Shown here: positions 10,714 to 24,805 of the stretch, one piece after another
How the letters are laid out: each line of letters starts with the position of its first letter
Position numbering within the stretch: position 1 is the stretch's first letter
Assembly (NCBI RefSeq): GCF_009834535.1
Contig: NC_045721.1
Span: 26,164,001 to 26,228,000 of the forward strand
Origin: Camelus ferus
Taxonomy: Eukaryota
Direction of reading: 5' to 3'
DNA: 64,000 nt
Translations under genes and position numbers: made by a program
The notes under the pieces: model-generated
Databases searched by the model: none
Told to the model about the DNA's origin: nothing
The model's input: the letters and a program-made list of their open reading frames with translations, nothing else

Positions 10714-13700
10714 GCAGGGAACTCCGGATGGGAGGGAACGGGACTCTGGCCCTGGAGAGCTCACGTGCAGACCAGAGGAGTGATTTCAGTGAGCCCAGAA
10801 CCTTACACCTTCCCATACATAGAGAAGTGCTGGCTAATCCTTTCCAGGACGCAGTCCGGAGTGTCCCCGCCTGGGGCTTTCGTGTGGACGCCTCAGGATG
10901 CGTTTCCTCATGTCTGAGCCTGTGGCTGGGCCTCTTCTTCAAGGGCCCATCCCTAAACCACTCAGGCCTGGCCCAGCAAGCTGGCATGAGTGTGCCTTGG
11001 ATCCCAGCACATGGCTGCTCCTCCAGAACCTTAGGGAGAAAACACGGCTTGGGCCTGAATTCCTGAGAAGGGGTACCCTGAGTTTGCAGAGACAGTAAGA
11101 TTCAAGGCCGGATTTCTTTGCATCTGGATATCTGGCTTTATGCAGGATAAATGTCTTTTCCCCCGAAGGGTGTTTTTAAAAACATAAATGTTTCCTAAGG
11201 TGTTTATTCCAAATTTGGGTTTTAAAATGAATATAAGCTAAGGACCAGGACTTTTTAAGAGCCGGGTGGGGTGTCCTGGTTCCTGAGTGCCCAAAGCCAG
11301 GTAAACCTTCTCAAGCTCCAGGAGAGGGGGCAGTCATACAGCTGGGAGCCCACGGCATCCAGCCCCTGCCCCCAGGCAGGCGACAGAGTAGGAGCACTTG
11401 TCACCCCTGACGTTACCTTTCAGAGGGACGAGTCCCAGGTCCTTGAGAAAGACGGACCTGAGCTGTAAAAGCGACAAGAGGCTTTTAAAAAGATTTACAT
11501 ACATCTCGAAGGGACAGAGGAAAAGTGGACAGTGACAAGTTTTCTAAAATAAATGCTCTAAGGAAAGGGAAGTCGGAGCGCAGAGTCTGGAAGAAGTCTG
11601 ACCAGGCTGTCTTGGTCACAACTGTCAATCACCGTGAGAAGTCCAGGGTGACTCTTGCCAGCACTGGGCACGGGCAGGGTGGCATCAAGGCCAGCCATTC
11701 TGTGATGCTTTTTGGCTTCTCCTCCTTGTTGCCTTGTGGTCCAAGGATGGCTGCAGTACCTCCGACATCAGGTCCACATGCAGATAAGAGCTGGACGGGG
11801 GTGCATCTTTCTGGGAATTCCATCCAGGTGACTTGCTCAGTTTTCACTGTCTGCGACCTGCTCTGTAACCGCCCTTGGCTGAAACAATGTAATGCTTTTC
11901 AACCTGTGTGCACTCCTCTCCCAAGGAGAAGCAGGCTCTGTTTCAGGGACAAAGACGAGTGTGGAATTGGATGGGCAGGTGCTGCAGTGTGTGTCACATT
12001 CAGACCTCTGACCTCTCTATGAAGGCCGGTGTACATCTCGATTTCTTGGCAGCAGGAATTATCCACTGATATGATGAAGAACTCAGTAACATTTCAGATT
12101 TCTGGATTCAGTGTAAAGCCAATTTCAAATATCTTAAATATTTCCAAGGGAAAGATTCCCAGTTCGTTTAAAATGTGTAAACATGTAACCATAGGATTTT
12201 AGACATTTTAGGGTAAAATGAAATCTTAGTAAGTAAAGCTCTGTCCCCTGGGGGAAAGCGCTCAGCATCGGGGCAGTGAGTTTCGGGGCCGTGCTGAGGA
12301 CTGCAGCCCAGGAGACAGCCTCTCGCAGCTCTGAGGACCTGCGCTGAAGAGGCAGGGGAGGAGCCAGGGTGTACATGAGTTTTCTTGGCTGTGAAATATG
12401 TAGTCAAATCTAAAAAGTTTACTGCTAATCACAGAGATAGTCTCAAGAGAAAGCTTTTAGTGCTTTTCTCTGTGTGGGAAGGTGCAGGAATCTGGGGTCA
12501 TTGAAGGTCTTCCCTGGGTTTGCATCCTAACTGTCCAGAAGCCCACGTCCCCAAAGCACAGCCGCGCCGCGTGTTTCACTCCATCCTGAGCTCCCTCTGC
12601 GAGCACTGTCTGGGGTGGCGCAGCGGGTGACTCCCCCTTGGTGTAAAGGCTGTTCTTTCGTGTACGGTTCTAGTATAAAACATGTCTCAAAATAGAAAAA
12701 AAAAAACCCATGTTTTTTGGTTCCTGTCTTTTAATCATCCTGTAGTGTCTCAGTCCCTCCTTTTCTTAGTTTCGCTGTGCTGGGTTTGTAATATGGATAC
12801 GCAGGAGACCCGGTCGGCTGAGCGAATGTTTTGTTTGCTTGACACCTGCGTCTAAATTTAAGTATCCACAGTAAACAAGAAACCCCCAAGCCATATATTT
12901 TATATTTTATAGCGATTAACTTGCTATAATTGAGAGAGATGAAAATAAATTAAGCAAAAAGGAATGAGAACATGGGGGTGAGGTGTCCTGATTTCTCGCA
13001 GGATATCCTATCTGACAGGGATGAAAGTTAATTAGGTAGTTTGTCAGTTTATAAAATTTATAAGTTGGCAAAAAGAACGACTCTGATGTCACATTAAAAT
13101 GCGCAGGTCCCACGTGAGATTTATAAGTTAAGCTTGTGATTAATAACTCATAGGAAGATGCATAAATCATGCAGATAATTCCTGTCATTCTCAGTGATGG
13201 CTGTGTTGTACCCCTTATTCCTAAGCCTTCTCATTTATTTATGACCATATAAAGGTCAAAAATGTTACTAGGAGATGTAGCCGTCTTGAAGTTAAATGGC
13301 TTACACAGAACTGGAGGAATGAAAGATGAACTGCATTAAGTAAAACTGAGTTCATGTACCCTACTTCTAAGTCAAACACTGGAAGATGGGTGATGGTGTG
13401 GAGATATTCGTCAACTAATTAGATACTAGTCAGAAAATATAATGGATATTGGAAAGATGACTGCACCATGCCACCGGCTGCCACAGCGGCTCCTGTAGTT
13501 TACATGCTTGATGCAAATGTCACTTGCGACTGCTAGTCGTGACTAACGGTCATCTCCCCAGGCCCCAGCAGAGGGTTCTTCTGCGGGAGGAAAGGTCCCT
13601 GTGTTGTCTGACTCTTTGGTATTGCCGTGGGCTTGCTGGTATTGAGATTTTTCCACAGTATTTGTGAAATGCTGCTGTTTTAAGATGTTCAGTGACTTTC

Positions 13701-13747
13701 TTTTCCTTCGCCTTTTGTGATTCGACATCTGGAGAAGTTGAATGTTC

Positions 13748-13850
13748 ATCTTCCTTCTTTCCTTCTCACCTTCCTTCCTCCCTTCCTTCCTCCCCTCTTC
13801 CCTCCCTTCTTTGTCTTTTTCTCTTATTTTCTTATTTTCTTCCATTATAA
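13748..13850. repeat. Degenerate (CCTT)n pyrimidine-rich repeat
   Basis: cttccttctttccttctcaccttccttcctcccttccttcc... Confidence 0.85.
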
Positions 13851-15289
13851 AGCACAATTGTTGAATGCCAAAAAACTTAAAGGTAATTTTAAGTGCTTTA
13901 GCCATGAAATGTCTTCTTTCCTTTTTGCTCTATGTGCTAAGCACCTTTAAAAGAAACGTAACAGGATCTGCTAAATCTGCTCATTCGTGCACACACACAA
14001 AACCTTTGCATTTTTAGTGAACTGAGTCTGTGAGAAAATAGGCTGCAGTGTGCGGATACCGGGACCCTCTCTCCAGGAGGAAGGGCAGTTAACCTGCCTT
14101 TGTGGAGCCGCTCCCACTGCCGTCCAAGCGCACTCGCTGTGCCGTACAGACACAGCCGTAACTCACACGTGAAGCCGGTGTGTCCCAGAATGGTCACTCT
14201 TCCTGCTTTCAGCGCCATAGTCTGAGCTTGGCGTTAACTAGGGGACACGGGCAGGGCGCTTACTCTGTCCCTGTTCACTGTCTGCACGAGTGAATCAAGG
14301 TCTCGACATGAGGCTCTTTATAAAGAAGCCTATTTCACAGAAAAATGCTTAAAGCAGTGGGCAACAAACAGCTGTGTCAGTTCCCTCCCACTCCAGGGCA
14401 TCCTTTTTCACGATGGAAAAGTGCCGACAACGGTGGTTCTCGGACTAGACTCTTACTAGGGACTAGGGTCTCGAGTTGTCCAGTTTCCTTCCTGCAGATC
14501 ATGTGAATTTGCTTTTCCTTTTAAGGGCTTGATGAAAGTGAAAGTGACCATCTCAGCCACTTTCTCCCTTAAGAGAGCTATTCCTTTGAACCAAAAGCGC
14601 ACCTGGACAAGTGTGTCCGTATCGGTGCCTCCTGGTGCCAGCGCCCGCAGGCCCCCACATCCTGGTTGAGATGTGCTGTGTGCTTCTTAGTCGGTCCTCC
14701 CCGAGCTCCTGGCGCAGTGAAGGAAGCACGTTCTGAGTCTGATGGGTGAGTCTGCAGACCTTGTGAGTCCAGTCATTCCTTTGGGTCAAAATAAAAGTTT
14801 CTCCGCAACAGAAGGGAACGCTGATGTTTGGATAGTGAAGGACTCCCCTAGACACGACGTTCAGACCCAGAGCTGAAACGGCATGGCTGATGCAGCGTGT
14901 GACTCACGTTGAAGCAGAATTCACTGGGGTTGCAAATTCCTAAGAAAATTCTGAAATGAGCTGTAGGTTTTGCGTTAGGGTTTTATGTTTGTTTGATTGG
15001 TTTGCCTGGTAGATATGATTTACCAGGTGAGGAGTGGGTCCTGGCTTTTAAAAACACATCTACATCCATTTGTAAAACATGTTCCCATGACTCTGCGGCG
15101 TCTGGCCGCTTCACCACTAGGTCCTCTTGTCCTAAGAGCTGGGGGGCTGGGACACGGGGCCACGCTGGAGAATTGCCCGGGGGCTCCTCTCCCCGGACTC
15201 CGAGCCTCCTGTCCCGGGCGCCCCGCTCTTCCCTCACCCGAGACCCCTCCCTCCTGGGGGTGCTCGTTGTTCCAGGAGGCCGTTTTTCA

Positions 15290-15520
15290 TCACCCTCACT
15301 CACCTTCACCCTGTTTTTTTCCCCTTTATTTCAGTCCTTGTTTATTTCTTTAATAGTAGTTCATACGACTCACAATTATTTTCCGTAATTACCAATGTAT
15401 TGACTTACTGGTGTGTGTTTCCCTAACTGGAATGTAAGCCTCATGAGAGTAGGACCCATTTCTGTCTATTTCCACTTATAACTAGTATTTATAGCATAGT
15501 AGACACTCAACGCATGATTT
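15290..15520 (+). mobile_element. L2 LINE 3' end relic
   Basis: ctggaatgtaagcctcatgagagtaggac...catagtagacactcaa resembles the L2 3' terminus (ctagaatgtaagctccatgagggcagggac...catagtaggcgctcaa) as recalled. Confidence 0.7.
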
Positions 15521-17180
15521 TTATTTTACTCAATAAACAAATAGGGGATAAAAACTGCATTCTCCCTGTTCAGGACAGCTGTGTTGGTGCTATTAAGAAG
15601 AGAAAAGAAAAAAAAACCAAAAAACCCTCTTTTTTCCTTCTAATCCAGGGAAATCCAGAGCTAAGGGACTTAGAATCACAGAGTTGCTAATAGACAACTG
15701 TGGAATTTCCACCTCAGCGCCTTTTGCTGAGGTGAAGTGGATGGGTGGGAAGAGACTAGCTTTATAAACCCCTAAAGAGGACGTGAATGTCTTTCTGAAA
15801 TTATTCCACAAACCACACAATAGATGCAGGGAAACGCGTGGTGTTACATGTCATCAGCATGTGTGACGAGCACGTGGGAGCCTGTGGGGGGGTCTGCGTC
15901 AGACGGTGACCGTTACCTCCTTTATCACGTCCTGCGATGACAGGTGCTGGTCCTGGCACGCAGGGCACTGCTAGAGCTCGAGCAGGCCCCTTCGGGGGAA
16001 GATGGAGTGGTGTCACACATGGTTTAATCTGATTCTCGTCCCGTGGAAGCGGCATCCGTTTGGGGTAGTTTGTATTTTGTAAGTGTTCATTAGCAGCTGT
16101 TTTTGAAGTAGGAGAGGACTCATTTCTCCAACAAAGCTCATTGTATCTCCAGCAAAACAGGAAAGAGACCAGGCTGCTGATTTCATTCTAAGAGAATGTA
16201 ATAAAAAGGAAATTGGGTGCTAGCTGAAATGCAGCCCGGGACTCCGTCCTTTCTGTGAGCACGAGTCGGTAAGGTCATTTCAGACTCAAACAGCAGGATT
16301 TACAGGAGGGGAGCATGTGCTGAGAATACTTCCCAGGCGAGCTGGCCTGGACCAGGTCATCCTCCGGCGGAGGCCCCCCACCCACCCCGAGAGGCTTCGT
16401 GTCCCTCCTCGTTCTGGGCCCAGAGGAGCCGCTGTCAGGAGCCACCCCAGGGCGCTCCCAGGCCTCGGTCTCTGCTGCTCTTCTGATTTCTGCCTTCTTG
16501 CTCCCAGTCACTCTTCAGCTGCTTGTCTGACTCTTACCCAGAGACACAGACGATTGCAAATACAAAAATAACGAAAGGCCAGGGGTCCAGGAGGTCCAGG
16601 GCGTTTAGCCTGCTCACTGGAGGCGGCCGTGTGCACGCACTGCGGTGCTGTGCCTTTATCCCGCGTTACCAGCATCTGCTTTCACGTCCCTTTATTTCAG
16701 GCATAAATGCAGAAACACAGAGTCTAGAACTCTGGGAAGCACCTGCACAAACCGTAGACCACGTCATTGCACTGAGCACTGATGGAACTAAACAATGATG
16801 ACGCATTTCCTAGTTAGAAGCGCTTAGATAGGAGCGCCCAGATTATTTTTTTTTTAAGTTAAGAGGAAATTATTAGGTCTGTGTTCGTTTATTATCATCT
16901 GCACTTCTTATTTGCATTGAGTGCACCTCATACATTTTCTTTCCAAAGTGAGGAAATGTCTTTTTGGTACATGCTGTGTGACTTCTAACGTGCACAGTGA
17001 GTACTCCTTAAACGCAAATTACTGTAATCCTGCTGCTACTACTAACTGAGCCAGGATGGTAGTGGGCAGCTTGGTAAAGACAGTTTTAAAGCTTGTGTTG
17101 AAGCAGCAGCCCGTCCTCCGAAGCTGTATATGATCGTCTTCCTCCTCTAGTTCCAGGCTAATGTAGCTCCTTACTTATGA

Positions 17181-17462
<282 letters not shown>

Positions 17463-17528
17463 TGAATGTATTCAAGAATTCATTAATTTGATCAACGCAT
17501 TTTTACTTGTAGTCTGTTACGTTAAACT

Positions 17529-17760
17529 CATTCCAGCTAGCATTTCAGGAATATATCACATGCCAGTAATTTTTAAAAAAATGAAGAAGTAGGCCTTGCC
17601 CTCAAGGAAATTATGAGGACAACAAAGTAATAAATACAAATGTTTATTATGCAAAACCAGGCACAAGGAGCGTTTTGATGAATTGCAGGTACAGAAGACA
17701 GGACTTGCTTGGGGCGTGACTGGAGGAATCCTTGCGGTTAGAGCAGTACTCAGCTTCTCA
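17529..17760 (-). mobile_element. Degraded antisense L2 3' end
   Basis: cattccagct...cacatgccag and gccttgccctcaaggaa resemble antisense L2. Confidence 0.45.
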
Positions 17761-20582
17761 GTGGTTCCATCAAACTGTAGGATTGGAGGGGAAGGGGTGC
17801 TTACTAATTTTTCCCTGGATATTTTTTACTGTTTAACTCTTCCCATAATCATATATTGCTTCTGTATGTCAGAAAACTGACTTCAGTTTTGTAGTTGACC
17901 TTGAAGGACACACATTGCTTTGCTACTGAAAGATAGAACAGAGAGCATCCAGCTAGGAGTGGTGCGCACAGAGACAGAGTGCGGGGAGAGTGCAGCAGTG
18001 TCCTTCAGTGCTGGGTGACCATCCGGGTTTCTCCTGAGACGCTGGAGTCAGGCAGATGGGAGTGGCGATGGGGAAAGACCCAAATTCAGTGAATACCTCT
18101 AGTCTGAGCAGAAGTAGCTTCTGTTTGGCTATCTGATTTTTATGATGTCTTTGAAATTTCTGCAATACCGAGTTAAACAGATCAAGTACCTTGTTTATAA
18201 CGAATGCTTATGAAACAGAAACGTTGCTGTATGCCTAACATTCTGAAGCTAAAAATGCAGTGCTGAAAAAAATAATGAAATTTCCAGCTCTTTGGACTTT
18301 TGAAATGCTAAATACTTATATCCCAGGGGGAAAAAGGGAAAGGCATCTGGCTGTGTTTGAATTTCTACTGAAGAAATTTTTAAAAAGCAAATCAGTAGAG
18401 TAGACTTTTTAAGTCGTATTTTTCACCTGTATTTTTCCATTCTCTATCATTATAAAAACAACTATAAAAGAAAAACATTAAGCTGTATTTAAAAATAGTT
18501 ATTTTAGTCGACTTCAAATTTAATAACATAAAACATTAGGGTATGTTTTAAAACTAAAAATAGCAGTAGCATGTCTGGCATTTTTTATTAAAACACTTAA
18601 AAACCCTTTCATACTATTCTCCACTAAAAAATTCATATATTTATATGTATAAATTACTTTGAATTGGCAGGATTAAAGTTCTTTTTTATTTGCAATTTTT
18701 GCCAGAATCCTTTGAATTCATGTGTAAATAAGGAGACTCTTTGGCTTGATAGAAAAAAAAAATAGAATTAAGTATTTAATTAGATTTCATTGCTTTTTTC
18801 AAGTGCAGCTTTCCAACATGGAAATAACTGTAGGCCTAGAATTATTTTGTTAATGTGAAAATAACAAAATATACCTTTTTTATGATATGTGAAATATAAT
18901 ACTACCCAGAAGTGGCCAAATTGTGAAGCTAAAACCCTCCAGACGTCCAGGACTGCCCGAGGCCCCCGGGCCGTGGGGAAGCTCCAGGCCCGCCCACAAA
19001 CCCCCTTGCGGCTGGATGACTAACGAGTATGACACACAGAGCTCGCTGAGCCGTTCTACGCGTGGCTGTGGCTTGTAACCAGGAAAAGACAGGAAAAGCA
19101 TCCAAGGAGAGAGGCCTAGGGCGGAGCGGAGGGCGCCCATCACTCTCAGAAGTGACCTGGGGTTGTGCACAGAGGCCGTGCCACCTCGGGAGCTCACCTC
19201 GCCGGGGCCTTCCTGCCCAGAGTTTTTACTGCCCAGATCTCTGTCACATCCGCATGACTGACGGATCGCTTGTCCAGGGGTTGATACCACTCCCAGGCCA
19301 GCTGATCTCCCATGACCCGAAGGCCCTGCCTGAAATCACAGGGCTGGCCTCTCTGGCCTGGCCAGGCCCCCACTGAGGCTGTTGGGTGTGGCCAGCCCCC
19401 AGATGGAACAGATACTCCTGTCAGGTGCGGGCAGAAATCACCTCCCAGCATCAAAGGCATATGCCAGCCCTCTCGTTATGCAAGGCCAGGGTCTTTCTTA
19501 TGGTGGTTTAGTACCTACATTTTTTTCTTCACACTTTTAAGGTTTAGGCAGAAATTTTAAAACAATCCTGGAGAAAACCATCTATAAATTATTGTCACTT
19601 TCTTACTGGCGATGTAGTGCTTTTAAGATTTAATTGTTGATTTACTATCACTTAATGTGCTCTGTCTTTTATCCATCTCTATTCAGAGAAAGCCACATTG
19701 CACATGTTTGTGTGAGGGAAAAAAGTACAATAAAAAGATGTCCTGGTGCCCCTTGATTTGTCCAAGTCTAGCCCCAGATAAAATGAAGTGACGGTGTGTC
19801 CTCCACCTCCCTGTGCTGAGGTCCACTGTGCCCACCAGCTCATCTTCCAATATCTTCTAGCCTAGGCTTCACATGACCATGAGGTGGTAAGATACATGGA
19901 GTACATCTAGATTACCTGCTCATATATGGTCATTTCATATTTCTGTAAATAAAATAATCTCCATGTCAATAACAGTGATCCATTTATTAAGTAAAATTGC
20001 AATAGGACTGTTTGGGTATCGTGGTTCTTCACGTAGCTGGCAGCTGGTGAGATACAGAAGTGCTTTAACAAGACAGCACTGACAGAATTGTATCTCATTT
20101 CTCCAGGTGTAGGTCTGAGAAGACCTGATAATGTCTTTGTTTCAAGGAAGGCACTTAGATGCTACTCTTTTTAGACAGCTTAAATAGGCTTTAGAAATCT
20201 CACTTAAAACAAAAACAAATTGTCGGTTAAATAGTTATGCATAATTTCAACATAATCCCTTGCGTCAGATGGTGGATTATCAGCTCAGTCGCAGGAGACA
20301 ACTGACTACGGGTATTTTTTTTCTTTTTAATTATGTGGAAATGACTTTACCCTGAAGGGATTTTGAATGTTTGGAGAATATATTAAATGAAACTTAGATA
20401 ATGTAGCTTCGAAGTATAATTCTCCCAAGGGTTTAGGGCTGTAGGGGAATTCTTTTTGACAAAGCAGTTATTGGGAAACGTTTCACACTTACTTCTTAGA
20501 CGGGAAGTTGGGCTAAGAGCCTTCAGAGACATAGAAAGGTTCAAGTGCATCCTCTTTCCGAGGTCGTCGGTGTTGGGCTTGA

Positions 20583-20798
<216 letters not shown>

Positions 20799-21488
20799 TG
20801 AGAAACACCAGTCTGTCGTTGCGATAGGCCGTTCCTGCCACCACTTACACGTCTCTTGTCTCTATTCAGAAATGAGGTCATTAGGTAGATACCGGAAAGG
20901 ACATTTGCCAACTAAATCCAGAGACGTGGGGAATAAACCTCATGTGCCGTGTTTGAGTTTTGCCGCGTGGAAGACGCATTCAAGATCCCTCTAGATGCAG
21001 AATATCCCTAGGTCATTTTGTTTTTCACTTTTAAGTGTAGTTTCTTTTTCCTAAAAGAAAAGCTGGTAGGATCCTCTGCCGTTGTAAGAATGTGATGCTT
21101 CTAGAAACACTGAAGAAATGGTTGCTCACAGCCTTCTGTCTCCGTCGTACACTCTGCAGAGCGGCCCTCCCGCAGGCCGCGGAGGGAGCACTGAGTGGGC
21201 GGTGGGCACTGGCTCCCTTTCCAGGGAGCCCCGTAGCCTGCAGAAGTTCCTTAAACTCTCCTTTGCTGAATTTTCACATCTATGGGAATGACTATTCCTA
21301 CCTTTGCTTTTGGAGGTGAGAGTTCCTGGGGGAAATGGAATGACAATTCCCCTGCTGAGCTGTGACAGGAAAGTAGAGCGTGCCACGGGGACACGAGGTG
21401 CGAGCATCGCACGGCTGTGAAGAGCCAGGGTGTGCTTTTGGCATAAAGTGCCCTGAAAGCTCAAGGAGGAGCAACGTTAGCAGGGCTG

Positions 21489-21520
21489 CGTGTGTGTGTG
21501 TGTGTGTCTGTGTCTGTGTT
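21489..21520. repeat. (GT)n microsatellite, interrupted
   Basis: cgtgtgtgtgtgtgtgtgtctgtgtctgtgtt. Confidence 0.9.
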
Positions 21521-22555
21521 GGCGAAACTGGTGTCGAGGTGGGAGTTGTTCTAGGTATTGGGAAATCCTGTAAGGCAAGAGAACAGGGCGAGTTCCAGGC
21601 ATTGGGAGATCCCAGGTGGGGCTGGCTGAAGTCTTAGGGGAGCCCAGGAGGGAGTGAGAAGGGGTGACCTGGCCAGGGAAGCAGGGTGGACCATACAGGA
21701 CCCCAGATCAGCTGAAGGGCTTCGGGCTTCATCCTGGAGCAGCGAGGACTCACCTTGGGTTGTTGGAAGGAGAATTGTGAGACCAGATCCTGGTTGAGAA
21801 CCCCAGTCTCTCGTGTGGGAAGCACGTTAGTGAGACAAGAAGGGAGGTTGGCCTCTGGGGCTATAGAAGCACCTCTCTGAGGGGAGATGCAAATGATGCT
21901 CATGGGAGCTTGGGGGAAGGAGGAGAAATGGAGAACGTGACAGGTTAAGTTCGCCACGTGAAGCTGCCATCGTGGAAGCAAAGCGAAACAGGCAAGCAGC
22001 ACCAAAGGCAGAATCCACACTGTAGTGTCCGCAGTTTTACCCGGATTTATAGGTTTAGAAGGCGGAAGCAAAAGCTTCCTCAGCTAACGAAGCGGAGTGA
22101 ATGCCTAATGTCAGAATGCTCGTGTGCGAGAGAGACTCAAGTGTGAACATTAAACATCTCGATGTTTCTAGACACAGTACCTAGAAGGTGGCTACGTTTT
22201 ATTCAGCTTTTAAAAGTATTTCAGTTCAGTAGCAAGAGCTCCATAAATCTCACCCATAATTAAAGAGATGCCACTGAATGTAGACTTTAAAACATGGACG
22301 TTTGCAAGGAAGGTGATAGATGGTGTTGCAGTCACTGGAAGACGTGCGGCCTTATCACTAAAAGGCCCCAGGAGAGGTCAGCGGGGGAGGGACGAGCCAG
22401 CCCGGGGGTCCAGTGCGGGCACCAGCCCTTTGGGTTGGAGCCGGGTCAGACCTTCCTCTTTCACAGAGTGACAGCCCGACTGTCAGAAGGAGACGGTTGT
22501 CCCTTTAAACTGTAACGAGGCGTGTTCTGTCTGAGTGAGCCCTCCCCTCCCCCAG

Positions 22556-22701
22556 GGATGGCCCCGACCAGGACGCCCCGCAGCTGGGCGTCTTCAGCGG
22601 CAACACAGCCCTGGAGACTGCGTGCAGCTCCAGCAGCCAGGTCCTGCTCAAGTTCCACAGCGACTTTTCCAACGGAGGCTTCTTCGTCCTCAACTTTCAC
22701 G
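22556..22701 (+). CDS. CSMD1: CSMD1 exon 5 (146 nt, phase 2-1), C-half of CUB13: DGPDQDAPQLGVFSGNTALETACSSSSQVLLKFHSDFSNGGFFVLNFH
   Basis: cctcccccag|G and CACG|gtcagt; frame is restored only together with exon 4 (178+146 = 324). Confidence 0.95.
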
Positions 22702-23484
22702 GTCAGTGCGTTTCCACCCCGTTGATTCGGGTGTAGGGTTGGAGTTGATTTTCTCTCAGTGTTGACACAAATCTCAGCTGAAGTTCCTTGATTCTGCCCC
22801 CCGAGGACCTGATAGGGTTTTCTCGTGTCTCACGCCACAGGTTCGGGTGACCCTTTGTTCCTTACTGATCTATGTGTTAGTTCACATCTCTTTTGTGGCA
22901 AGCTCGGATTTATTCCAAGATAAGCGTGCTGTAAATGAAACTCTTATACGGAGACCGTTGAAGTGGATTCAGCACCTTGCAGAGGTTTCCTCTTCTCTGT
23001 CTCCAGATAAGTCTCGCTAGCACATGGCGCAGCTACAGCTGGGCAAAGCAGATGACTAGTGATTTTGAGAATAAACGCTAAATAATTGGGGGAAAAGACA
23101 GCGGTCCCTCATCTCTCATGAGGACGGCCACGTGCACATCCTCAGGACAGGGTCAAAGACCGCGTCACCTCTAGACATGGACGTGGAGCCAGGCCACAGG
23201 TGGACCATTTCTCTAGCGGAATTCCAAATAGATGGGAAGTGTTTTTGTATCCAAATGTTATAATTTTTTAGTTGTATACTTTTTCTTTTCGAATTTAGAT
23301 ATTCCGCATCATTAAATAATACTGTAAACATTTGAAACGTGAGAATTTTAGAAAACAGTGGCTTGCAAGTACAGACATTTCAGCGTATCTAAGCGCTGTG
23401 AGAACTCAGGAGGAGTGCTTTCTGCAGTGTTCTGGCCTATTCAGCGAGTGCAATCGCACGTACTATTCTCTTGTAACCATGTAG

Positions 23485-23565
23485 CGTTTCAGCTCAAGAA
23501 GTGCCAGCCTCCGCCAGCCGTTCCGCGGGCCGAGATGCTCACTGAGGACGAGGACTTTGAGATAG
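23485..23565 (+). CDS. CSMD1: CSMD1 exon 6 (81 nt), N-part of Sushi13: AFQLKKCQPPPAVPRAEMLTEDEDFEIG
   Basis: ccatgtag|CG and ATAG|gtaacg; supplies the first Sushi Cys. Confidence 0.93.
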   Translation, partial: RFSSRSASLRQPFRGPRCSLRTRTLR

Positions 23566-24320
23566 GTAACGCTGTCTGCGTCGCAGCACCGGCAGCCCAC
23601 CCAGTTTGCTTACACCCACCTCCAGCCCAACAGAGTCAAGTAAATGCGTATTTGTCAGAAATATTCCTGAAGCTTTGCTAGGAGGTCTGCGCAGAGGTCA
23701 CGTACTGAGTAAATACACTTTTCTTTCTTCATCTTCATGATTTTTGTTTTTCTTTTTATTTGAATTTTGCTTTTGTCATTTTGAGCACATTTTCCCCCCT
23801 ACATCATTCCCTAGTTTTTTTTTTTTCTTGAAAAACAGTTTTCAGAGACAGACTTAAACACCTGTTTGTGCTTAGTTAGGGAAACACGTTCATGCAGTGG
23901 TTGAAGAAAATCGTTTGTGGCTAAAATAATGACGAGTCTGGCGCTGACCTTTTGTTAAAACTGAAATATAATCGGTGAATATATCTAATGATGATACGTA
24001 GACAATCTTTTGTATCGTTTTAATATTAATGGCCTGTTTCTTTAAATAGTCATCAGGCCACATTAGGAGACCAGCGTGGCGTGTGTTTGCCATGTAACTG
24101 TTGTGACCCGGGACTTCTCAGTCCCAATTATAAATACTCCCTCCTGTTGTCACACCCTATTTCAGACCAGTGGCCAAGCCAGGTGGCCCAGTTTCTGCTC
24201 ACTCGTCACGTCTCAGCTAATGAGGACATTGTGCTAGTCAGGCCAAGATCGTGGTGTAGCCTCTCCAGACACGTGAACGCCATTCTGTCCTGCATCCTGC
24301 AATCCCAAGCGTCTGCTCCT

Positions 24321-24414
24321 CTTTTCTTTCTTTCTTTCTTTGTCTTTCTAGTTTCCTTTCTTTCTCTCTCTCTCGCTTTTTTTCTTTGTTTTTCTCCCTT
24401 CCTTCCTTTCTTTC
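24321..24414. repeat. Degenerate (CTTT)n/(CT)n tract
   Basis: cttttctttctttctttctttgtc...ctctctctctc. Confidence 0.85.
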
Positions 24415-24586
24415 ATCATGGGGGAAGGGGAACGAGCATAGACACATCAGTTAAAGAAGAAAAACTGCTCCGTAATTTCTGTAGAAACGTTGCACATTTG
24501 TAAGTTAAGAACTGAAAACGGCACTGTTTTATTACACAGACTAGCCGTGAATAGGGACCTTGGGGTGGACCTGGTTTGCACGGTAA

Positions 24587-24805
<219 letters not shown>

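Noticed and set aside
23485-23492. Alternative acceptor gtttcag 8 nt inside exon 6
   Set aside because: Would shift the frame; the upstream AG restores the AFQLKKC peptide
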